A stretch of 64,000 bases of DNA, from NCBI RefSeq assembly GCF_004010195.1, contig NC_057752.1:3776726-3840725 (forward strand), given 5' to 3'. The notes below the pieces were generated by a model. It searched no databases. It had not been told where the DNA came from and saw nothing but the letters and a program-made list of their open reading frames with translations. The DNA comes from Chiloscyllium plagiosum (lineage: Eukaryota). Positions 23,579 through 36,452 of the stretch are shown piece after piece. Both the position numbers and the translations under genes were made by a program. The first letter of the stretch is position 1. The number at the start of each line of letters is the position of its first letter.

Positions 23579-23879
23579 GTAGACGGTGGACAGGCTTTGA
23601 GGTAATGAGGTGAATTACTTGCCACAGTATTCCTAGTCTCTGAGAACTCACCTCACCTCTGAAATTCAGCTCTTTTTGCCCATGATCGGACTAAAGCTGC
23701 AATGAAGTCAGGAGCTGAGTGGCCCTGGCAGAAGCCAGTGTCACTGTGCAGGTTATGGTAGAGCAAATGCTGCTTGATAGCACTGTTGGTAATAACCTCC
23801 TTCACAGGGCAGGAATTGGCCAGATTGGAATTGTGTACAGGACATGGCTGGGAAACACACAGAAAATGGGAAAAAGTGC

Positions 23880-25150
23880 AGGCCCAATATGTTTGCTTTA
23901 GGATGTAATGTAGAAGCAACAAGCTTAGAGTACACTGAGATGTCGAGGAATATGCAAGATTGGATAAGAAGGAAAAGAAAGACTTCCTTTAGCAGGTGCA
24001 AAATCAGCAAATCACCGGAGGCCCTGGTGGAGCACACAGTGCAGAACGGAACTTAGGAAAGCAAAGAGGGCATAAGAAAACACTGACCGTTAAAATTAGG
24101 GAGATCTTACTGGTATACAGTATAAGTAATATTACGAGGAAGTGAGGATAACCAGTGCTTGAATGTGACCCATTAGGGACCAAGAAAACAATCTGTGCAT
24201 GGAGGCAGAGGACATTGGCCTCCCATGTGAAGTCCTTGTTTAAACACACCAATGTCGCTACTGAATTCTGGGAGAGGGCCTGTGAGGTTCTTCAACGGAG
24301 TGACATTGGGAATGAGCAGGTATTGCACATCTTAGCAAGCTTAAAAACACTCAAATCCCCAGATCTGGATGAGTTGTATCCCAGGCTCTGGATTAGTGGT
24401 GCTGGAAGAGCACAGCAGTTCAGGCAGCATCCAAGGAGCAGCTTGGATGCTGCCTGAACTGCTGTGCTCTTCCAGCACCACTAATCCAGAATCTGGTTTC
24501 CAGCATCTGCAGTCATTGTTTTTACCTTGTATCCCAGGCTGCTGTGAGACATAAGGGAGGAAATTCATAGGGGTTGTGACCTAAAATTTTAAATTCCCCT
24601 CCAGTCACATGGAAGGTGCCAGAGGACTGGAGGACGGTTAATGTGGTTCCACTTTTTCAGAAGGGTGGTAGAGAGAAAGCCAGGGGATTGTCGATTAGTG
24701 ACTGTCTCCAGTCACTTCCCTACCACTGATGAGACAATCAATCTTGAAGGCAAGGTTTAATCAGACAGTCAGCATTGCTTTGTCAAAGATCATACCTAAA
24801 AATTCTCCCTTTTGTTAGGGAAAGTGATCAGATGTGTCGATGAGGGTAGTGCAGTTGATGTCGTTTACAGATTTCACATGGGAGTCTGATTAAAGAAGGT
24901 AAAAAGCATATGGGATCCAGGGTAATTTGGATGGATCCTTGATAGGGCAAAATGGATCCAAAATTGGCTTTGGGGTAGGTGTTGGTAGAAGGCTATCGAT
25001 GTGACTGGAGGCCAGTATCCAAAGGTGCACCACAGGGATCAGTGTTTACTCTTATTGTTTGTGATATATATATCAATAATATGGATGAGCATGTGGGGGT
25101 AATAATTAAGTTCATTAGATGACATGAAGAATAGCTGAATGGCTTACAAT
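23880..25150 (+). mobile_element. Old degenerate CR1 ORF2
   Basis: KSPDLDELYPRL, KVPEDWRTVNVVPLFQKGGREK and KGAPQGSV remnants. Confidence 0.7.
24388..24526. mobile_element. Fold-back mini-PLE (perfect arms of about 49 bp)
   Basis: Palindrome 24387-24435 / 24442-24490. Perfect 14-bp TSD ttgtatcccaggct (24374-24387, 24527-24540). Confidence 0.85.
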
Positions 25151-25789
25151 GAGGAGGGTAAGCTGGGCTTCACATGAGAATCCGCCCAAAAACCTTGACA
25201 CAACTGTCCTACCCAAAAAAAAATATTGTGTGGCATCACACAACTTTCATTTCCATCTTTATTAATTGAATGTAAAGTCCATCAGCTGCTGAGTTTAGAT
25301 TTCAATCCACACCCCCAGGGCACTATAATATAGGCCCTACTGTGTTGAAGCAGGCCATAGAGTCCTCACCAAACCTCCAAGGTGTTCTTAGTCACTAGCC
25401 AGTCAAAATTTATTAAAACACGTAGAATTCTTTTGAAAAGTGTATAACATTTAAGTTGATGGAAGTATTTAAGTGTTGATTAAAAATATGCCAGGTAGCT
25501 TTTTAAATGTTTAAAAAAAGTGTTTCAAAGTTGCAGATAGTGTTTAAAAATATTTAATATCATAATAAAACACTCACCTGCCTATGAGCTGAAGAATGAC
25601 CTTAAGGAAGGCATCATTAAGGATATCTGCAATGCACCGCATTACTAATCCTCACTGGCGATTTTCTATGTTGGACAATGTTGCAGCTGAAAGTGAATAA
25701 TTTCTTTATCTTAGTCTACAGACTGGGTGAGGAGATATCTCTTTACATTGTCACTTCACTGTTGACTGCAAAACTGGACCAACATGTTG

Positions 25790-26400
25790 TGGAGCCATTC
25801 TGGAACAGACTATCTTAGATCCTTTTTATTGTGAAATGAAGCTGGATGAATGAGTTATCTCCGAATAAAGAATTCCTCTAGGGAAGAGGAATGCAAATTT
25901 CACATTCTGCTTGGTGAGTTTGAAATTACTGCCTTAAAATGTAAAGAAAGCAATTATAAAATTATGACCGACTAGTGCAGACTGGGAAAGTAGATTAAAA
26001 GTTGAGACAGTACATAAACAATGGCAAACATTAAGGAGGAATTTCATAGTTCTCACCAATGATATATTATATTTAAAGAAAGTCTCTATCAGAATGCACT
26101 CAGTGGCAAACTAAGGAAGTTAAGGAACACCTCAAACTGAATGAAAAGATGTACAATACTGAAGATTGTGGTAGGCCAGATGTTTGGAAAGTTTTGGAAA
26201 TTGATATATGAAAAAGGGGCACAATATTGAGTAAATTGACAAGAAACATAAAACTGGTCGTAACAGCTTCTAGAAATATGAAAGGGAAGGGAGTAGTTAA
26301 AGTAAATGTTAGTGCCTTGAGGAGGAGTTTAGACAACTAATAATGGGGAAATGGCAGAGACTTTGACAAATGTTTTGTATCTGTCCTCATGGCAGAAGAC
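25790..26400 (+). mobile_element. Very old CR1 ORF2 fragment
   Basis: Residual similarity to 14060-14750 and to the start of the 2102 element (gcagagactttgacaaatgttttgtatctgtcctca). Confidence 0.5.
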
Positions 26401-27897
26401 GGAAAGAATCCCAGGTTTATGAGCTACTCACACTCTGCCATATAAACAATACTGAGGTATTTGTTTAGGACACTCATTTGTTGCAATAAGGTGGTAGGTC
26501 TGAGGCATCTAAGCGTTCGTTTATTAGCTGTATCTTGATTAGTGTCGATCATAGGTGGACCTCTTCACATTACTGGGATGATTCTAATGCCCACACTCAA
26601 ACTGAGCATGACCGTGCACCATCACTAAACTTCTGGTGGCATTTACTACTTGTGTTCTAAAAAGAAGCGAGAGAATAGTGATTAAACAGCTTTAGCAGAG
26701 AAGGATTTCAAACAAAAACAATGGCTGAGAAACTGGGTTTCTGAGGCTTGCCTGAAAGTAGGCCTCAGACCTTATCTTAATCATGATGGGTGAGCTGTTG
26801 ACATCTGCATTTGTCCCAATTCAGTGCTCTGTTCTGTTTTGGACCAGTTGCCCTTGGATAAATTCTGGCGAGGGGTTGTTTGGGGAGGGGTGGAATGGGA
26901 GCACTAGTTGGCAATGGCCCACAACAGTGCTGTGATGCCATACTGAGAACGCCTGCTGTCCCACGTAAGTGCAAAATATGTAAAATCATTGCCTTTTAAA
27001 AGAACCACATTAGACCACACGTAGGCCAAGCAATCCGGGTCCGATGCTGCCCAGGTTCTGGACAGGGTCCTTCAGTTAGTACTTGGCTCCTTTTATTAGC
27101 AAATGTGAACAGCCTGACACCTGAGTTAGGCAGCTACCGGGAGGCCATTTTTACTAATATGGTGCTGCCCATAAAGGGGCACATAAAGGCAATATTTCTT
27201 TCTCACTAAGTGTTTGCACATTATTACTCCATAGTGTCATTTTAGGGTCTTGGATACTTTATCTATATATTGCAAGTTTTTCTAAAACTTTAACAAAACC
27301 ATAAGCAATTCTGTACATATTACATAAGAATAGATTTTATTCCTGTCATATCATTTTAATCACATTAATTCAATCTAAACATAAGATTTGAATATCATTC
27401 ATCTCCTGTCAATAGAATTATTTTGTGTGTGAATCACATCCTTCGATGCCATTTAATGTTATAGATATTATGAAGGTCCAATAAACAGAATCTGTAAGAC
27501 TTGTACCTGACATGCTATAATGTCCCTTCTATAATACTACTGCAATAAGTAACATGGTGGAGATGCAAAGGAAAACACTGCAGTCTGGATCAATTGGAGC
27601 AATATTTTGTTCTGGTCAGAATGTAAAAGTACATGTACCCTTTAACACAGGCTTTGATGGCACAGTCCACCCAATCTGATATCTGCATTCTATTGACTAC
27701 AACTTCAAACCCTAAATCAGCAATTGAACAAAACAAGACTTGTAGAGCATGTTTAATATAATAGAATGGTGCATTACAAGAGTGTTCTCAACCAATCTGA
27801 CACAGAGCCACAGAAGGATTGGTCAAACGGGGAGGGAGAAAGAAGGAAGATAAACTTGCGTATATATATTTTGCACCTTTCGACAACCTCAAGACAC

Positions 27898-28205
27898 TAT
27901 AGAATCAAAGAATCCTTACAGTATGGGAACAGGCCATTTGGCCCAACAAGTTCTCACAGACCCTCCAAAGAGTAACCCACCCAGATCCTTTCCCATTCCC
28001 CTAACTAATGCATCTAACCTACACATCCCTGAACACTATGGGACAACTTAGCATGGCTAATTCACCCTGACCTGCACATATTTGGACTGTGGGAGGAAAC
28101 CCACGCAGACACTGTGAGAACATGCAAACTCCACACAGTCGCCTGAGGCTGGAATCGAACCCAAGTCCCTGGCACTGAGGCAGCAGTGCTAACCACTGAG
28201 CCACT
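27898..28205 (-). mobile_element. HE1 (V-SINE)
   Basis: gtggctcagtggttagcactgctgcctca head, B-box ggttcgattcc, V-domain. Confidence 0.88.
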
Positions 28206-28444
28206 ACTTTCTGAAGGATTGGGCCAGCTATTTGCAGAGTCAGGTCAACTCTGAAGACCTGAAGAATAGCAGGCAGGACACAGATGCAAAGGATTCACTT
28301 CAATTTCCAGTAGATTTCATATTTTTTCTGACACCAATCACATAAGCAGGAAAACTCAGCTCAGCAGGACTCTTTGAAATTGAGAAAAACCGATTCCATT
28401 TTTGCTATTCCAAGAGCTTTTACCTGCCGTGCAGAAGTCCGAAC

Positions 28445-30475
28445 CATACAGCACAGAAACAGACCCTTCGGTTCAACTGACCAGGTATCCCAATCTGACC
28501 TAGTCCCTTTTGCCAGCCCTTGGCCCATATCTCTCTCAACCTTTCCTATTCATGTACCCATCCAGATGCCTTTGAAATGTTGTCATTGTACCAGCCTCCA
28601 CCACTTCCTCTGGCAGCTCGTTCCATACACGCACCACCCTCTGTGTGAAAAAAGTACACCTCGGGTCCTTTTTAAAATCTTTCCCCCCTCTCCTTTTTCA
28701 CCTTCGTCCTCTAGTTTTGGACACACTCACCCTTGGAAAAAGACATTGTCTATTTATCCTATCCACGCCCCTCATGATTTTATAACCTCTAAGGTCACCC
28801 CTCAGCCTCCGACGCTCCAGGGTAAAAGCCCCAGCCTGTTCAGCCTCTCCTTATAGTAGAAACCCTCCAGTCCTGGCAACATCCTTGTAAGTCTTTTCTG
28901 CACCCTCGGGTTTAACATCCTTCCTATAGGAGGGCAACCAGAATTGTACATAGTATTCCAAAAGTAGCCTCCTCAATGTCCTGTTTAGCTGTAACATATC
29001 ATCCCAACTCCTGTACTCTATGAACTGATCAATAAAGGCAAGTATACCAAATGCTGCCTTCACCACCCTATCTACTCCACTTTTTAATGAACCATGCACC
29101 TGCACCCTTAAGGTCTCTGTTCAGCAACACTCCCTAGGGCCCTACCATTAAGTGTGTAAGCCCTGCCCTGGTTTGCCTTACCAAAATGCAACAGCTCACA
29201 TTTTATCTAAATTAAAATCCAGCTGCCACGCCTCGGTCCATGAGCCCATCCGTTCAAAGTCCCATTTTACTCTGAGATAATCTTCTTCACTGTCCACTAC
29301 ACCACCTATTTTGGTGTCCTCTGCAAACAAAGAAAATTTACAGCTCAGGGACAGGCCCTTCGGCCCTCCAAGACTGAGCTGATCCATATGCACTGTCTAA
29401 ACCTATCACCCAATTCCTAAACATCTGTATCCCTCTGCTCCCCACCTACTTATGCACCTGTCCAGATGCATTGAAAATGAATCTACCGTGCCTGCCTCTA
29501 CCACCTCAGCTGGCAACGCGTTCCAGGAACCTACTACCCTCTGCGTAAAGTACTTGCCGTGTGTATCCCCCTTAAACTTTTCGCCTCTAACCTTGAATGT
29601 GTGATCTCTCATTATTGAATCCCTCACCCTGGGGGAAAAAGCTTATCTCTATCTTCCCTGCCTATATCCTTTTTGTAAATCTCAATCAGGGTTCCCCCTA
29701 AATTTCCTTTTTTTTTTCTAACAAAAACAATCCTAACCTACTCAACCACTCTTTATAGCTAGCACCTTCCATACCAGGCAACATCCACGCAAACCTTCTC
29801 TGCACCCTCTCCACAGCGTCCATAGCCTTTTGGTAATGTGGCAACCAGAACTGTACACCAGAACCTACTAATCATGCCTGCATTCACATCCAAATCACTT
29901 ACATAAATGACAAAAAGCAGTGAACCTCACACCAATCTTTGGCACACTGCTGGTCACAAGCCTCTAGTCTGAAAAGTAACCTTCCACCATCACCCTCTGT
30001 CTCCTAGCCTGAAGCCAATTTTGTATCCAATTGGTTATCTTCCCCCTGCATCCCATGTGATCTAACCTTACTAACCAGTCTACCATGTGGGAACCTTGTC
30101 GAATGCTTTGCTGAAGTCCATATAGACAGTGTATACCACTCTGCTTCATCAATCTTCTTTGTCACCTCTTCAAAAATCTCAACCAAGTTAGTGAGACATG
30201 ATTTCCCACGTACAAAACCATGCTAACTGTTCCTGATCATTCCTTGCCTTTCCAAATACACACCCATCCTGTCCCCTAGAATCTCCCCAATATCTCACCC
30301 ACCACTGACATCAGACTCACCAGTGTGTAGTTCCCTGGCTTTTCCTTACAGCCTAAAATAATGGCACCACATTAGCCACCCTCCAGTTTTCCAACACCTC
30401 ACCTATGGATGTCAATGACGCAAATATCTCAGCAAAGGGTCCAGCAATCACTTCCCTAGCTTCCCAGAGTTCTGG
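28445..30475 (-). mobile_element. CR1 3' half with a second CR1 subfamily nested at about 29329-29860
   Basis: RT remnants (FAEDTKIGGVVDSEE, EEVTKKIDE, QRVMVEGYFSD). The host reading is broken at tctgcaaac and resumes at aacctacta. Confidence 0.88.
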
Positions 30476-32149
30476 GAAACATGCATCATGAAGTCACGGT
30501 GACGAAAGTATTGGTAAAAGGTAAATAAGATTCATTTTAAGTATCATGATTTAATCCTCAGTTTAAGTATTACAGGAACCAGACTGCAGCTGTCAATGAG
30601 AATTTTAAAGAAGTCCACTGCTCCTGTGAATTGATTTGACAGGCCGTCTGGTGGAGCTTAGAAAGAAAAAGACCATCTGTTCCTCCAATTTCAGTGTTGA
30701 CATTTCCCAAAAGTTTGTCATTCTAGCTGAGCCCATTATGAGTGATTTCCAAATTCTCAAAAGCTCCAAACCCACTTATCTTAGGGGGGAGGTAGGTTAA
30801 GTTAATATTGTTATTGGCAGCTTTATTAGGCTTAAGGATTTACAGTCTTTGTGGTTTGTGAATAGAGATTATCTTGTCCTCGAACAGATTCACCACTTTA
30901 AATGATTTTAAAATGTTGATTGGGTTTCATGAAACCCAAACCTTTTTTTCCAGTATCAAGTAGGTATTAGTGAGAATTTTCTTAGGGAGGTAGAAACATC
31001 ATTTCTTTCCATCTCCATGTGGTCCCTCAGCTCCGCCCTTCGCAGAGACTGGAGGTGGCATGGGGGTTATTAGATGGCTTGCAGAGGTGATATGAGAAGG
31101 CCTAACAGCCCCTTATAAAACTGGACTGAGGTTTCTCAGCCACCTCAGCATTTGCCTGCCTCCATGTTTCTCTCCGAGAGGTCAGATTCGATCACCCTCC
31201 TCCAATAACCCCCTCCCCAAGCAAGAAGAAACCTCATCCGTGCAGAGGTTGTTTTCAAAGAGACAGATCTCCTGAGCCAAGAGATTTTCTGACTTGAGCT
31301 TCTTGTCTGTTCAGCAAAACAATCTGGCCCTTAGCCATGATTGTCATGTCGGAAATGTGGCTGCCAATTTAATTATAAGGAATTTTATTTTTTTAAAAAA
31401 AAGAGAGCAAGAGGCTGTCAGAGGATGGAGATGTCTCTGTCACTTAAGCTAGAATGGGTAAAATGTAGCTCAGGCTCCCACTCCTGATCACATTTGCTGT
31501 GAGTAAATTTCTGCTGACCAAAAGTGGATGCGTGGATATTGGGGTGAGCACAGTTCTGTGATGGAGTCCCACTGTGATGGCCTCCAGACAAATTGCACCA
31601 TACCTTGGCCCTTCCTTGAAATGTTCCAATGGCTTCAATAGAAAAAGAATGGGATGGCGGAGGTAAGGTGTGCTGGGTGGGGGTGATGGCTGTTTTGTGG
31701 CGGGGGGAGGTTTCGGGGGGGGGGGGGAGAGACATCCAGGTAGTTTATCCTTACATAGTCACAATTAAACAACTTGTTTTTCACAGCAATTAGCACTGCC
31801 TGAACTGCTATAGAGCAGCCTGGAAGCCAATGTGGGCATCTTCATACTGTTTTGAGCTGCTGCTTTGCGTACAGTTGAAGTTTAGGCAAGTACATTGAAC
31901 CATTTTTACGAAACTGTCATTGTTTGGTCTGCACATGTGAATTGTACAGTGCAGAGAGGCTATTGTGAGTTGCCTTTTCGAACTGCTGCAGACCATGGGC
32001 GTGAAAATCATTGCAGCTTTGATTCAATGCAGTTCCTTGTGATGCCATTTCGGAAGTTAGTTAAGAACCATATTGCTATGCATCTGAAGTTTCATAGAGG
32101 AGAGGACATGACAAACAGCGTCATAGTCAAACATTTGTACATCACGGAA

Positions 32150-32567
32150 CTCCTCCATGCCAACCAGATATCCCAATCTGACCTAGTCCCATTTGCCAGC
32201 ACTTGGCCCATATCCCTCTCAACCCTTCCTATTCATATACCCATCCAGATGCCTTTTCCAATGTTGTAATTGTACCAGCCTCCACCACTCACTCTGACAG
32301 TTTGTTCTATACACCCACCACCCTTTGCATGAAAACATTGCCCCTCTGGTTCCTTTTAAATTTTATTTCCCCCTCTCACTCTAAACCTATGGCCTCTACT
32401 TCTGGACTCCCCCACCCTGAGGAAAAGACCTTGACTATTTACCCTTTCCATGCCCCTCATAATTTTATAACCCTCTATAAGGTCACCCCTCAGCCCCCGA
32501 TGCTCCAGGGAAAACAGCCTCTCCCTATCGCTCAAACCCTCCAACCCTGGCAGCGTCCTTGTAAATC
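32150..32567 (-). mobile_element. CR1 3' end
   Basis: LRGDLIEGYKIMRGMERVNSQGLFLRVGESRSRGH. Confidence 0.88.
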
Positions 32568-33871
32568 ATAGATGGGATTTAATGATGATCCAATAGTTTC
32601 ACAAAAATACTGGTAAGCGTAATCATGGATATAATTAATTCACTCATACAAAATTCATCCAGTTCACATGGTGGGATTTCAATCATATCATTAAATTATT
32701 CGTCACAACCTCTGAATTGCTAGCCCAGTAATGTAACCTCTATGCTACCACAACCCCCTACTTTTGAACCTTGGTTACATTCTTTGGACGTTAAGTCCTC
32801 ATTTCATCTTAATTGACAAAAATGCAAGAATATTTCTGAATGACTGTGTCTGTCTGTTTTGGTTGGATTTATTCAGCGAGTGGCCAGGAAGGTCCAGGGT
32901 TAATGACTGATTTCACTCAGGCCAGTGGCAAGGGTGGTTCAACTGTGCTGTAAGTCAATCTGTTTCTGATTATCCTTCCACGAGAAGGCAAAGGTATGGA
33001 CAGGATCAGGCTGAATGGTGCTTCTGCACCTGGAGAAGTTGATGAACAACCTGCGTGCACTGACAACCTAGTCTTTCAAATGATGACTGGGCATTTAGGT
33101 AAAGTTATCAGGGGATAGTTGCCACCATGCACCTAGTCTGGGGAGAAGGGGACAAACAATGCACCACTAAAGTGGTGCAATTGGCAGATTAATATCTGTA
33201 TGTTATGAAGCAGACGTACTCAGCCATTGATGGTATCTTAATTCATAGTTAATTTTATGTTCACAAATTTTGGAGTCAGCACTGGAGATTCCGCTGCCTC
33301 TCATGAGAGAGACCATTAATTAGGAGGATAGTTTTAAGGCAGGAGGCTTCGAGGGGATTTAAGGGGACATCTTTTCACCCAGAGGTTGGAAGAGAACTGG
33401 AATTCACAGTCTGGAAGAGTGGCGCAGGCAGAAACTCTGTTTAAAAAGTGCTTTGATATGAACTTCAGGTGCTGTAGCCTCCAAAGGGATGGACCAAGAG
33501 CTGAAAAGGTCAGGTTCAGCTAGCTCCTGGCTTGCAGATACAATGGGCTGCATGGACTCCTTCCATGCTGTGAAGTTTTATGATGACATAAAGAAAGATT
33601 TGAATTTCTACAACTCACTTCACCCAGAGAGCTCCAGAGATAAGGTTGGAGAATGGAACTAGCTGGGTAGCTGTCTCAAGAGCCAATACATACACATTGG
33701 GTCGAATTGTGGTGTGAATCATAGAATTTACCATCTAAGAAAATCCCAAAGTGCTTTATGGCCAATTAAGTAATTTTGAAATGTCGCCACTGTTATAATT
33801 TAGGAAGTGCAGGCAACCAATTTGCACAGAGCAAACTCACCTGAACAGTAATGACCAGTAATCTGTTTTAG

Positions 33872-34113
33872 GAGAAAGTGAGGTCTGCAGATGCTGGAGA
33901 TCAGAGCTGAAAATGTGTTGCTGGAAAAGCGCAGCAGGTCAGGCAGCATCCAGGGAACAGGAGAATCGACATTTCTGGCATAAGCCCTTCTTCAGGAATG
34001 AGCCCTTCTTCAGGAATCTCATTCCTGAAGAAGGGCTTATTCCCGAAACGTCGATTCTCCTGTTCCCTGGATGCTGCCTGACCTGCTGTGCTGTTCCAGC
34101 AACACATTTTCAG
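33872..34113. mobile_element. Fold-back mini-PLE with intact hammerhead core
   Basis: Inverted arms 33907-34000 / 34020-34114. 16-bp TSD cagtaatctgttttag / cagtattctgttttag. Confidence 0.85.
34025..34052 (+). ncRNA. Minimal type I hammerhead ribozyme core
   Basis: CTGAAGA-a-GGGcttattCCC-GAAA-CGTC: CUGANGA box, stem II, GAAA box, palindromic ACGT stem III, GUC cleavage triplet. Confidence 0.65.
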
Positions 34114-34192
34114 CAGTATTCTGTTTTAGTCATGTTGATACTTGAGAGAGATACACTGAAAAAGACCCTCAGTCCAACTCGTCAATGTTGAC

Positions 34193-36015
34193 CATAGAAC
34201 ATTACAGGGCAGTACAGGTCCTTCAGCCCTCTGGTTCCACAGGTCAGTGCAACATAATCTGAAGCCCATCTAACCGACACTATTTCATTCTCGCCCATGT
34301 GCCTATCCAATGCCCATTTAAATGCCCTTAAAGTTGGCAAGTCTACTACTGTTGCAGGCACTGCGTTCCACACCCCTACTACTCTGAGTAAAGAAACTAC
34401 CTCTGATATCTACCCTAAATCTATCACCCCACCATTTCAAGCTATGTCCCCTCGTGCTTGCCATTACCATCCAAGGAAAAAGGCTCTTACTGTCAGCCCT
34501 ATCTAACCCTCTGATTATCTTTGTATGCCTCTATTAAGTCACCTCTCAGCCACCTTCTCTCTAACAAAAACAGCCTCGAGTCCCTCAGCCTTTCCTCATA
34601 AGACCTTCCCTCCATACCAGGCAACATCCTGGTAAATCTCCTCTGCACCCTTTCCAATGCTTCCTATAATAGTGACCAGAACTGTACACATTACTCCAAG
34701 TGTGGCCGCAGCAGAGTTTTGTACAGCTGCAGCGTGACCTCATGGTTCCAAAACTCAATTCCTCTACCAATAAAAACTAATACACCGCATGCCTTCTTAA
34801 CAACCCTGTCAACCTGGGTGGCAACTTTCAGGGGTCTATGTACATGGACACCAAGATCTCTCTGCTCATCTACACTACCAAGAATCTTACCATCAACCCA
34901 GTACTCTGTGCATTCCTGTTACTCCTTCCAAAGTGAATCATCTCTCTCTTTTCCACATTAAATTCCATTTGCTACCTCTCAGCCCAGCCCTGCAGCTTAT
35001 CTGTGTCTCTCTGTAAACTACAACATCCTTCAGCACTATCCACAACTCTACCAACCTTAGTGTCATTCACAAATTTACTAACCCATCCTTCTATGCCCTC
35101 ATCCAGGTCATTTACAAAAATGACAAACAGCAGTGGCCCCAAAACAGATCCTTGCAGTACCCCACTAGTAACTAAATGCCAGGATGAACATTTCCCAACA
35201 ACCACCACCATCTCTTCTTTCAGCTGGCCAATTTCTGATCCAAACTGCTAAATTGCCCTCAACCCCATGCCTCTATATTTTGTGCAATAGCCTCCCATGG
35301 GGAACCTTATCAAACGCCATATTGAAATCCATATACACCACAACAACCACTTTATTCTCATCCATCTGTTTGGTCACTATCTCAAAGAATTCAGTAAGGT
35401 TTAAAGTATGATCTACCCTTCACAAAAGCATTGACTATCACTGATCAACTTATTCCTTTTGTAGATGATAAATCCTATCTCTTATCCTTTCTAACACTTT
35501 ACCAATAACAGAAGTGAATCTCACTGGTCTATAATTACCAGGGTTGTCTCTACTCCCCTCCTTGAAGAAGGGGAACAGTATTTGCTATCCTCCACTCTTC
35601 TGGCACTATTCCTGTAGACAATGACGACATAAAGATTAAAGGCTCGACAAGCTTCCCAGAGAATCCTAGGATAAATCCCATCCAGCCCAGTGGACTCATC
35701 TACTTTCAAACTTTCCAGAATTGCTAACACCTCCCTTGTGAACCTCACTCCCATCTAGCCTAGTAGTAGCCTGTATCTCCATATTCTCCTTGATAACATT
35801 GTCTTTTTCAAGTGTGAATCCAGATGAAGAATATTCATTTAGCACTTCCCCATCTCCTCTGACTCCACACACAACTTCCCACTACCATCTTGATTGGCCC
35901 TAATCTTACTCTAGTAATTTGTTTTCCTGATATACCTATAAAAAGCCATAGACTTAGGGTTTTCCTTGATCCAATCCATCAATGACTTCTCATGTCCCCT
36001 CCTGGCTCTTCTTAG
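34193..36015 (-). mobile_element. CR1 ORF2 3' half
   Basis: SGVLQGSVLGPLLFVIFVNDLDEG...KFVNDTKVG, STGLDGIYPRILWEA, WNAVP. Confidence 0.9.
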
Positions 36016-36019
36016 ATAT

Positions 36020-36452
36020 CCTAAATTAATCTAGTCCCATTTGCCAGCATTTGGCCTGTATCCCTCCAAACCCTTCCCATTCATATAGCCATCCAGATGC
36101 CTTTTAAATGTTGTAAATGTACGAGCCTTCACAATTTCCTCTGGCAGTTCATCCCATACACGCACTACTCTCTGTGTGAAAACATTGCCCCTTAGGTCCC
36201 TTTTGTATCTTTCCCTCTTTCTTTTAAACCCACGCCCTCTAGTTCTGGACTCCCCTACCCTGAGGAAAAGATCTTGGTTATTTATCCTCTCAGTGTCCCT
36301 CACGATTTTATAAACCTCTATAAGGTCCCCTCAGCCTCCAACACTCCAGGGAAAACAGCCCCAGCCTGTTCAGCCTCTCTCTCAATAGCTCAAACCCTCC
36401 AACCCTGGCAACATCCCTGAATCTTTTCTGAACCCTTTCAAGTCTCACCATC
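36020..36452 (-). mobile_element. CR1 3' end
   Basis: GESRTRGRGFK...DLRGNVFTQRVVRVWDELP. Confidence 0.88.

Larger units (their letters stand above)
21915..23750 (-). mobile_element. Fragmented old LINE (same family as 49757-50965) hosting younger insertions
   Basis: Segments 21915-22125, 22820-23045 and 23350-23750 align by eye with 49757-50965. Confidence 0.6.

Noticed and set aside
24387..24490. miRNA precursor
   Set aside because: The hairpin is entirely PLE-derived and TSD-flanked; there is no expression evidence.
33901..34191. Near-identical ORFs on both strands (also at 24341-24568)
   Set aside because: A by-product of the inverted pLTR repeat, not coding.
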